This document shows, piece by piece, positions 1 to 10,859 of a DNA stretch of 64,000 nt. The stretch's first letter is position 1. Each line of letters opens with the position of its first letter. The position numbers and the translations under genes are program-made. Source of the stretch: Auanema rhodensis. Taxonomy: Eukaryota; Animalia; Nematoda. The notes below the pieces were generated by a model, which saw only the letters and a list, made by a program, of their open reading frames with translations, had not been told where the DNA came from and ran no database searches. The stretch lies in NCBI GenBank assembly GCA_964057225.1, contig OZ059899.1, positions 186,001 through 250,000 on the forward strand, read 5' to 3'.

Positions 1-14
1 CGCATCTCTTTATC

Positions 15-31
15 TTTCACGTGAAGCGAGT
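15..31 (+). promoter_or_regulatory. CENP-B-box-like motif (offset 15-31 of nearly every monomer; first copy given)
   Basis: TTTCACGTGAAGCGAGT aligns without gaps to NTTCGNNNNANNCGGGN at 7 of 9 core positions. Both mismatches are G>A. Function is unproven. Confidence 0.3.
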
Positions 32-47
32 TACATACCAAGTGCAC

Positions 48-55
48 ATCACGTG
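48..55 (+). promoter_or_regulatory. E-box/G-box CACGTG in ATCACGTG context (matches RTCACRTG); second CACGTG at offset 18-23
   Basis: Exact sequence match in most monomers. Binding by a bHLH or bZIP factor is not demonstrated. Confidence 0.35.
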
Positions 56-3000
56 TACATTTAATTAGCATAAATTAAAGTTCAAGTAAATTTCAAAGTC
101 ATGGTTACCATGCACCAATATCAATAAAAATTTGTTTTTAGACTAATATGGACATGGGGAATCTAATTTTGAAAACCGCATCTCTTTATCTTTCACGTGA
201 AGCGAGTTACATACCAAGTGCACATCACGTGTACATTTAATTAGCATAAATTGAAGTTCACGTAAATTTCAAAGTCATGGTTACCATGAACCAATATCAA
301 TAAAAATTTGTTTTTAGACTAATATGGACATGGGGAATCTAATTTTGAAAACCGCATCTCTTTATCTTTCACGTGAAGCGAGTTACATACCAAGTGCACA
401 TCACGTGTACATTTAATTAGCATAAATTAAAGTTCACGTAAATTTCAAAGTCATGGTTACCATGAACCAATATCAATAAAAATTTGTTTTTAGACTAATA
501 TGGACATGGGGAATCTAATTTTGAAAACCGCATCTCTTTATCTTTCACGTGAAGCGAGTTACATACCAAGTGCACATCACGTGTACATTTAATTAGCATA
601 AATTAAAGTTCACGTAAATTTCAAAGTCATGGTTACCATGCACCAATATCAATAAAAATTTGTGTTTAGACTAATATGGACATGAGAAATCTAATTTTGA
701 AAACCGCATCTCTTTATCTTTCACGTGAAGCGAGTTACATACCAAGTGCACATCACGTGTACATTTAATTAGCATAAATTAAAGTTCACGTAAATTTCAA
801 AGTCATGGTTACCATGCACCAATATCAATAAAAATTTGTTTTTAGACTAATATGGGAATGAGGAATCTAATTTTGAAAACCGCATCTCTTTATCTTTCAC
901 GTGAAGCGAGTTACATACCAAGTGCACATCACGTGTACATTTAATTAGCATAAATTAAAGTTCACGTAAATTTCAAAGTCGTGGTTACCATGCACCAATA
1001 TCAATAAAAATTCGTTTTTAGACTAATATGGACATGGGGAATCTAATTTTGAAAACCGCATCTCTTTATCTTTCACGTGAAGCGAGTTACATACCAAGTG
1101 CACATCACGTGTACATTTAATTAGCATAAATTAAAGTTCAAGTAAATTTCAAAGTCATGGTTACCATGAACCAATATCAATAAAAATTTGTTTTTAGACT
1201 AATATGGACATGGGGAATCTAATTTTGAAAACCGCATCTCTTTATCTTTCACGTGAAGCGAGTTACATACCAAGTGCACATCACGTGTACATTTAATTAG
1301 CATAAATTAAAGTTCACGTAAATTTCAAAGTCATGGTTACCATGCACCAATATCAATAAAAATTTGTTTTTAGACTAATATGGACATGGGGGATCTAATT
1401 TTGAAAACCGCATCTCTTTATCTTTCACGTGAAGCGAGTTACATACCAAGTGCACATCACGTGTACATTTAATTAGCATAAATTAAAGTTCACGTAAATT
1501 TCAAAGTCATGGTTACCATGAAGCAATATCAATAAAAATTTGTTTTTAGACTAATATGGACATGGGGAATCTAATTTTGAAAACCGCATCTCTTTATCTT
1601 TCACGTGAAGCGAGTTACATACCAAGTGCACATCACGTGTACATTTAATTAGCATAAATTAAAGTTCAAGTAAATTTCAAAGTCATGGTTACCATGAACC
1701 AATATCAATAAAAATTTGTTTTTAGACTAATATGGACATGGGGAATCTAATTTTGAAAACCGCATCTCTTCATCTTTCACGTGAAGCGAGTTACATACCA
1801 AGTGCACATCACGTGTACATTTAATTAGCATAAATTAAAGTTCACGTAAATTTCAAAGTCATGGTTACCATGCACCAATATCAATAAAAATTTGTTTTTA
1901 GACTAATATGGACATGTGGAATCTAATTTTGAAAACCGCATCTCTTTATCTTTCACGTGAAGCGAGTTACATACCAAGTGCACATCACGTGTACATTTAA
2001 TTAGCATAAATTAAAGTTCACGTAAATTTCAAAGTCATGGTTACCATGAACCAATATCAATAAAAATTTGTTTTTAGACTAATATGGACATGGGGAATCT
2101 AATTTTGAAAACCGCATCTCTTTATCTTTCACGTGAAGCGAGTTACATACCAAGTGCACATCACGTGTACATTTAACTAGCATAAATTAAAGTTCACGTA
2201 AATTTCAAAGTCATGGTTACCATGCACCAAATCAATAAAAATTTGTTTTTAGACTAATATGGACATGGGGAATCTAATTTTGAAAACCGCATCTCTTTAT
2301 CTTTCACGTGAAGCGAGTTACATACCAAGTGCACATCACGTGTACATTTAATTAGCATAAATTAAAGTTCAAGTAAATTTCAAAGTCATGGTTACCATGC
2401 ACCAATATCAATAAAAATTTGTTTTTAGACTAATATGGACATGGGGGATCTAATTTTGAAAACCGCATCTCTTTATCTTTCACGTGAAGCGAGTTACATA
2501 CCAAGTGCACATCACGTGTACATTTAATTAGCATAAATTAAAGTTCACGTAAATTTCAAAGTCATGGTTACCATGCACCAATATCAATAAAAATTTGTTT
2601 TTAGACTAATATGGACATGGGGAATCTAATTTTGAAAACCGCATCTCTTTATCTTTCACGTGAAGCGAGTTACATACTAAGTGCACATCACGTGTACATT
2701 TAATTAGCATAAATTAAAGTTCACGTAAATTTCAAAGTCATGGTTACCATGAACCAATATCAATAAAAATTTGTTTTTAGACTAATATGGACATGGGGAA
2801 TCTAATTTTGAAAACCGCATCTCTTTATCTTTTACGTGAAGCGAGTTACATACCAAGTGCACATCACGTGTACATTTAATTAGCATAAATTAAAGTTCAC
2901 GTAAATTTCAAAGTCATGGTTACCATGCACCAAATCAATAAAAATTTGTTTTTAGACTAATATGGACATGGGGAATCTAATTTTGAAAACCGCATCTCTT

Positions 3001-6000
3001 TATCTTTTACGTGAAGCGAGTTACATACCAAGTGCACATCACGTGTACATTTAATTAGCATAAATTAAAGTTCACGTAAATTTCAAAGTCATGGTTACCA
3101 TGCACCAATATCAATAAAAATTTGTTTTTAGACTAATATGGACATGGGGAATCTAATTTTGAAAACCGCATCTCTTTATCTTTCACGTGAAGCGAGTTAC
3201 ATACCAAGTGCACATCACGTGTACATTTAATTAGCATAAATTGAAGTTCACGTAAATTTCAAAGTCATGGTTACCATGAACCAATATCAATAAAAATTTG
3301 TTTTTAGACTAATATGGACATGGGGAATCTAATTTTGAAAACCGCATCTCTTTATCTTTCACGTGAAGCGAGTTACATACCAAGTGCACATCACGTGTAC
3401 ATTTAATTAGCATAAATTAAAGTTCAAGTAAATTTCAAAGTCATGGTTACCATGCACCAATATCAATAAAAATTTGTTTTTAGACTAATATGGACATGGG
3501 GAATCTAATTTTGAAAACCGCATCTCTTTATCTTTCACGTGAAGCGAGTTACATACCAAGTGCACATCACGTGTACATTTAATTAGCATAAATTGAAGTT
3601 CACGTAAATTTCAAAGTCATGGTTACCATGAACCAATATCAATAAAAATTTGTTTTTAGACTAATATGGACATGGGGAATCTAATTTTGAAAACCGCATC
3701 TCTTTATCTTTCACGTGAAGCGAGTTACATACCAAGTGCACATCACGTGTACATTTAATTAGCATAAATTAAAGTTCACGTAAATTTCAAAGTCATGGTT
3801 ACCATGAACCAATATCAATAAAAATTTGTTTTTAGACTAATATGGACATGGGGAATCTAATTTTGAAAACCGCATCTCTTTATCTTTCACGTGAAGCGAG
3901 TTACATACCAAGTGCACATCACGTGTACATTTAATTAGCATAAATTAAAGTTCACGTAAATTTCAAAGTCATGGTTACCATGCACCAATATCAATAAAAA
4001 TTTGTGTTTAGACTAATATGGACATGAGGAATCTAATTTTGAAAACCGCATCTCTTTATCTTTCACGTGAAGCGAGTTACATACCAAGTGCACATCACGT
4101 GTACATTTAATTAGCATAAATTAAAGTTCACGTAAATTTCAAAGTCATGGTTACCATGCACCAATATCAATAAAAATTTGTTTTTAGACTAATATGGGAA
4201 TGAGGAATCTAATTTTGAAAACCGCATCTCTTTATCTTTCACGTGAAGCGAGTTACATACCAAGTGCACATCACGTGTACATTTAATTAGCATAAATTAA
4301 AGTTCACGTAAATTTCAAAGTCGTGGTTACCATGCACCAATATCAATAAAAATTCGTTTTTAGACTAATATGGACATGGGGAATCTAATTTTGAAAACCG
4401 CATCTCTTTATCTTTCACGTGAAGCGAGTTACATACCAAGTGCACATCACGTGTACATTTAATTAGCATAAATTAAAGTTCAAGTAAATTTCAAAGTCAT
4501 GGTTACCATGAACCAATATCAATAAAAATTTGTTTTTAGACTAATATGGACATGGGGAATCTAATTTTGAAAACCGCATCTCTTTATCTTTCACGTGAAG
4601 CGAGTTACATACCAAGTGCACATCACGTGTACATTTAATTAGCATAAATTAAAGTTCACGTAAATTTCAAAGTCATGGTTACCATGCACCAATATCAATA
4701 AAAATTTGTTTTTAGACTAATATGGACATGGGGGATCTAATTTTGAAAACCGCATCTCTTTATCTTTCACGTGAAGCGAGTTACATACCAAGTGCACATC
4801 ACGTGTACATTTAATTAGCATAAATTAAAGTTCACGTAAATTTCAAAGTCATGGTTACCATGAAGCAATATCAATAAAAATTTGTTTTTAGACTAATATG
4901 GACATGGGGAATCTAATTTTGAAAACCGCATCTCTTTATCTTTCACGTGAAGCGAGTTACATACCAAGTGCACATCACGTGTACATTTAATTAGCATAAA
5001 TTAAAGTTCAAGTAAATTTCAAAGTCATGGTTACCATGAACCAATATCAATAAAAATTTGTTTTTAGACTAATATGGACATGGGGAATCTAATTTTGAAA
5101 ACCGCATCTCTTCATCTTTCACGTGAAGCGAGTTACATACCAAGTGCACATCACGTGTACATTTAATTAGCATAAATTAAAGTTCACGTAAATTTCAAAG
5201 TCATGGTTACCATGCACCAATATCAATAAAAATTTGTTTTTAGACTAATATGGACATGGGGAATCTAATTTTGAAAACCGCATCTCTTTATCTTTCACGT
5301 GAAGCGAGTTACATACCAAGTGCACATCACGTGTACATTTAATTAGCATAAATTGAAGTTCACGTAAATTTCAAAGTCATGGTTACCATGAACCAATATC
5401 AATAAAAATTTGTTTTTAGACTAATATGGACATGGGGAATCTAATTTTGAAAACCGCATCTCTTTATCTTTCACGTGAAGCGAGTTACATACCAAGTGCA
5501 CATCACGTGTACATTTAATTAGCATAAATTAAAGTTCACGTAAATTTCAAAGTCATGGTTACCCCCAATATCAATAAAAATTTGTTTTTAGACTAATATG
5601 GACATGGGGAATCTATTTTTGAAAACCGCATCTCTTTATCTTTCACGTGAAGCGAGTTACATACCAAGTGCACATCACGTGTACATTTAATTAGCATAAA
5701 TTAAAGTTCACGTAAATTTCAAAGTCATGGTTACCATGCACCAATATCAATAAAAATTTGTTTTTAGACTAATATGGACATGGGGAATCTAATTTTGAAA
5801 ACCGCATCTCTTTATCTTTCACGTGAAGCGAGTTACATACCAAGTGCACATCACGTGTACATTTAATTAGCATAAATTAAAGTTCACGTAAATTTCAAAG
5901 TCATGGTTACCATGCACCAATATCAATAAAAATTTGTTTTTAGACTAATATGGACATGAGGAATCTAATTTTGAAAACCGCATCTCTTTATCTTTCACGT

Positions 6001-7210
6001 GAAGCGAGTTACATACCAAGTGCACATCACGTGTACATTTAATAAGCATAAATTAAAGTTCACGTAAATTTCAAAGTCATGGTTACCATGCACCAATATC
6101 AATAAAAATTTGTTTTTAGACTAATATGGGAATGAGGAATCTAATTTTGAAAACCGCATCTCTTTATCTTTCACGTGAAGCGAGTTACATACCAAGTGCA
6201 CATCACGTGTACATTTAATTAGCATAAATTAAAGTTCACGTAAATTTCAAAGTCGTGGTTACCATGAACCAATATCAATAAAAATTTGTTTTTAGACTAA
6301 TATGGACATGGGGAATCTAATTTTGAAAACCGCATCTCTTTATCTTTCACGTGAAGCGAGTTACATACCAAGTGCACATCACGTGTACATTTAATTAGCA
6401 TAAATTAAAGTTCACGTAAATTTCAAAGTCATGGTTACCATGCACCAATATCAATAAAAATTTGTTTTTAGACTAATATGGACATGAGGAATCTAATTTT
6501 GAAAACCGCATCTCTTTATCTTTCACGTGAAGCGAGTTACATACCAAGTGCACATCACGTGTACATTTAATAAGCATAAATTAAAGTTCACGTAAATTTC
6601 AAAGTCATGGTTACCATGCACCAATATCAATAAAAATTTGTTTTTAGACTAATATGGGAATGAGGAATCTAATTTTGAAAACCGCATCTCTTTATCTTTC
6701 ACGTGAAGCGAGTTACATACCAAGTGCACATCACGTGTACATTTAATTAGCATAAATTAAAGTTCACGTAAATTTCAAAGTCATGGTTACCATGCACCAA
6801 TATCAATAAAAATTCGTTTTTAGACTAATATGGACATGGGGAATCTAATTTTGAAAACGGCATCTCTTTATCTTTCACGTGAAGCGAGTTACATACCAAG
6901 TGCACATCACGTGTACATTTAATTAGCATAAATTAAAGTTCAAGTAAATTTCAAAGTCATGGTTACCATGAACCAATATCAATAAAAATTTGTTTTTAGA
7001 CTAATATGGACATGGGGAATCTAATTTTGAAAACCGCATCTCTTTATCTTTCACGTGAAGCGAGTTACATACCAAGTGCACATCACGTGTACATTTAATT
7101 AGCATAAATTAAAGTTCACGTAAATTTCAAAGTCATGGTTACCATGCACCAATATCAATAAAAATTTGTTTTTAGACTAATATGGACATGGGGGATCTAA
7201 TTTTGAAAAC

Positions 7211-7349
7211 CGCATCTCTTTATCTTTCACGTTAAGCGAGTTACATACCAAGTGCACATCACGTGTACATTTAATTTGTAAAAATAAAAATTAAAAATAA
7301 AAATTTGTTTTTAGACTAATATGGACATGGGGAATCTAATTTTGAAAAC
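7211..7349. repeat. Truncated 139-bp monomer: 56 bp (offsets 67-122) replaced by a 19-bp A-rich filler at 7277-7295
   Basis: Reads TTAATT-TGTAAAAATAAAAATTAAA-AATAAAAATTTG. The next monomer begins at 7350. Confidence 0.95.
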
Positions 7350-8757
7350 CGCATCTCTTTATCTTTCACGTGAAGCGAGTTACATACCAAGTGCACATCA
7401 CGTGTACATTTAATTAGCATAAATTAAAGTTCAAGTAAATTTCAAAGTCATGGTTACCATGAACCAATATCAATAAAAATTTGTTTTTAGACTAATATGG
7501 ACATGGGGAATCTAATTTTGAAAACCGCATCTCTTCATCTTTCACGTGAAGCGAGTTACATACCAAGTGCACATCACGTGTACATTTAATTAGCATAAAT
7601 TAAAGTTCACGTAAATTTCAAAGTCATGGTTACCATGCACCAATATCAATAAAAATTTGTTTTTAGACTAATATGGACATGGGGAATCTAATTTTGAAAA
7701 CCGCATCTCTTTATCTTTCACGTTAAGCGAGTTACATACCAAGTGCACATCACGTGTACATTTAATTAGCATAAATTAAAGTTCACGTAAATTTCAAAGT
7801 CATGGTTACCATGAACCAATATCAATAAAAATTTGTTTTTAGACTAATATGGACATGGGGAATCTAATTTTGAAAACCGCATCTCTTTATCTTTCACGTG
7901 AAGCGAGTTACATACCAAGTGCACATCACGTGTACATTTAATTAGCATAAATTAAAGTTCACGTAAATTTCAAAGTCATGGTTACCATGAACCAATATCA
8001 ATAAAAATTTGTTTTTAGACTAATATGGACATGGGGAATCTAATTTTGAAAACCGCATCTCTTCATCTTTCACGTGAAGCGAGTTACATACCAAGTGCAC
8101 ATCACGTGTACATTTAATTAGCATAAATTAAAGTTCACGTAAATTTCAAAGTCATGGTTACCATGCACCAATATCAATAAAAATTTGTTTTTAGACTAAT
8201 ATGGACATGGGGAATCTAATTTTGAAAACCGCATCTCTTTATCTTTCACGTTAAGCGAGTTACATACCAAGTGCACATCACGTGTACATTTAATTAGCAT
8301 AAATTAAAGTTCACGTAAATTTCAAAGTCATGGTTACCATGAACCAATATTAATAAAAATTTGTTTTTAGACTAATATGGACATGGGGAATCTAATTTTG
8401 AAAACCGCATCTCTTTATCTTTCACGTTAAGCGAGTTACATACCAAGTGCACATCACGTGTACATTTAATTAGCATAAATTAAAGTTCACGTAAATTTCA
8501 AAGTCATGGTTACCATGCACCAATATCAATAAAAATTTGTTTTTAGACTAATATGGACATGGGGAATCTAATTTTGAAAACCGCATCTCTTTATCTTTCA
8601 CGTGAAGCGAGTTACATACCAAGTGCACATCACGTGTACATTTAATTAGCATAAATTAAAGTTCACGTAAATTTCAAAGTCATGGTTACCATGAACCAAT
8701 ATCAATAAAAATTTGTTTTTAGACTAATATGGACATGGGGAATCTAATTTTGAAAAC

Positions 8758-10859
8758 CGCATCTCTTTATCTTTCACGTGAAGCGACTTACATACCAAGT
8801 GCACATCACGTGTACATTTAACTAGCATAAATTAAAGTTCACGTAAATTTCAAAGTCATGGTTACCATGCACCAAATCAATAAAAATTTGTTTTTAGACT
8901 AATATGGACATGGGGAATCTAATTTTGAAAACCGCATCTCTTTATCTTTCACGTGAAGCGAGTTACATACCAAGTGCACATCACGTGTACATTTAATTAG
9001 CATAAATTAAAGTTCAAGTAAATTTCAAAGTCATGGTTACCATGCACCAATATCAATAAAAATTTGTTTTTAGACTAATATGGACATGGGGAATCTAATT
9101 TTGAAAACCGCATCTCTTTATCTTTCACGTGAAGCGAGTTACATACCAAGTGCACATCACGTGTACATTTAATTAGCATAAATTGAAGTTCACGTAAATT
9201 TCAAAGTCATGGTTACCATGAACCAATATCAATAAAAATTTGTTTTTAGACTAATATGGACATGGGGAATCTAATTTTGAAAACCGCATCTCTTTATCTT
9301 TCACGTGAAGCGAGTTACATACCAAGTGCACATCACGTGTACATTTAATTAGCATAAATTAAAGTTCACGTAAATTTCAAAGTCATGGTTACCCCCAATA
9401 TCAATAAAAATTTGTTTTTAGACTAATATGGACATGGGGAATCTATTTTTGAAAACCGCATCTCTTCATCTTTCACGTGAAGCGAGTTACATACCAAGTG
9501 CACATCACGTGTACATTTAATTAGCATAAATTAAAGTTCACGTAAATTTCAAAGTCATGGTTACCATGCACCAATATCAATAAAAATTTGTTTTTAGACT
9601 AATATGGACATGGGGAATCTATTTTTGAAAACCGCATCTCTTTATCTTTCACGTGAAGCGAGTTACATACCAAGTGCACATCACGTGTACATTTAATTAG
9701 CATAAATTGAAGTTCACGTAAATTTCAAAGTCATGGTTACCATGAACCAATATCAATAAAAATTTGTTTTTAGACTAATATGGACATGGGGAATCTAATT
9801 TTGAAAACCGCATCTCTTTATCTTTCACGTGAAGCGAGTTACATACCAAGTGCACATCACGTGTACATTTAACTAGCATAAATTAAAGTTCACGTAAATT
9901 TCAAAGTCATGGTTACCATGCACCAAATCAATAAAAATTTGTTTTTAGACTAATATGGACATGGGGAATCTAATTTTGAAAACCGCATCTCTTTATCTTT
10001 CACGTGAAGCGAGTTACATACCAAGTGCACATCACGTGTACATTTAATTAGCATAAATTAAAGTTCAAGTAAATTTCAAAGTCATGGTTACCATGCACCA
10101 ATATCAATAAAAATTTGTTTTTAGACTAATATGGACATGGGGAATCTAATTTTGAAAACCGCATCTCTTTATCTTTCACGTGAAGCGAGTTACATACCAA
10201 GTGCACATCACGTGTACATTTAATTAGCATAAATTGAAGTTCACGTAAATTTCAAAGTCATGGTTACCATGAACCAATATCAATAAAAATTTGTTTTTAG
10301 ACTAATATGGACATGGGGAATCTAATTTTGAAAACCGCATCTCTTTATCTTTCACGTGAAGCGAGTTACATACCAAGTGCACATCACGTGTACATTTAAT
10401 TAGCATAAATTAAAGTTCACGTAAATTTCAAAGTCATGGTTACCCCCAATATCAATAAAAATTTGTTTTTAGACTAATATGGACATGGGGAATCTATTTT
10501 TGAAAACCGCATCTCTTCATCTTTCACGTGAAGCGAGTTACATACCAAGTGCACATCACGTGTACATTTAATTAGCATAAATTAAAGTTCACGTAAATTT
10601 CAAAGTCATGGTTACCATGCACCAATATCAATAAAAATTTGTTTTTAGACTAATATGGACATGGGGAATCTATTTTTGAAAACCGCATCTCTTTATCTTT
10701 CACGTGAAGCGAGTTACATACCAAGTGCACATCACGTGTACATTTAATTAGCATAAATTGAAGTTCACGTAAATTTCAAAGTCATGGTTACCATGAACCA
10801 ATATCAATAAAAATTTGTTTTTAGACTAATATGGACATGGGGAATCTAATTTTGAAAAC
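8758..10859. repeat. Tandem 6-mer higher-order repeat x2 (1051 bp)
   Basis: Order T65C+delT119 (175 bp); C85A; A77G+A113; 172-bp variant+A166T; T11C+A166T; A77G+A113, starting at 8758 and 9809. Confidence 0.9.

Larger units (their letters stand above)
1..5278. repeat. 11-monomer block duplication (1-1936 and 3343-5278; offset 3342 bp = 19 monomers)
   Basis: Same ordered variants in both copies: C85A; A77G+A113; A113; T136G+G157A; GGGAATGAGG; A101G+T133C; C85A+A113; A160G; AAGC; C85A+A113; T11C. Confidence 0.9.

Noticed and set aside
1-176. Identity with known 176-bp satellites (Brassica CentBr, honeybee AluI family) or with alpha satellite/CEN178
   Set aside because: Only the length agrees. 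The consensus has no AGCT or AAGCTT site, and I see no resemblance to those sequences as I recall them. A database search is needed for any assignment.
48-176. Budding-yeast-type point centromere (CDEI-CDEII-CDEIII)
   Set aside because: A CDEI-like octamer is present, but the following DNA is far less AT-rich than CDEII and no convincing CDEIII (TGTTT..TTTCCGAAA) lies at the right distance. Point centromeres are also not tandemly arrayed.
1-176. Tandem RNA gene cluster (5S rRNA, tRNA, snRNA, spliced leader)
   Set aside because: I found no recognisable 5S or tRNA sequence, cloverleaf or Pol III A/B boxes. The hairpins are short, local and AT-rich.
148-240. 30-codon ORF across the monomer junction (MDMGNLILKTASLYLSREASYIPSAHHVYI*), followed by AATAAA about 60 bp downstream, repeated in most monomers
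   Set aside because: This length is expected by chance, I see no recognisable domain, and AATAAA is common in 68% AT DNA. Every consensus monomer has stops in all six frames (plus strand TGA 22, TAA 62, TAG 66), so no long CDS exists.
1005-1020. T133C creates a TTCG loop in the TAAAAA/TTTTTA hairpin, resembling a UUCG tetraloop
   Set aside because: The extra-stable tetraloop requires a C-G closing pair. Here the stem is all A-T, so it is probably coincidental.
7277-7303. A-rich filler as a retrotransposon poly(A) tail or insertion
   Set aside because: There is no target-site duplication or element body, it accompanies a 56-bp deletion, and it is explained by copies of the adjacent TAAAAA/AATTTGT sequence.
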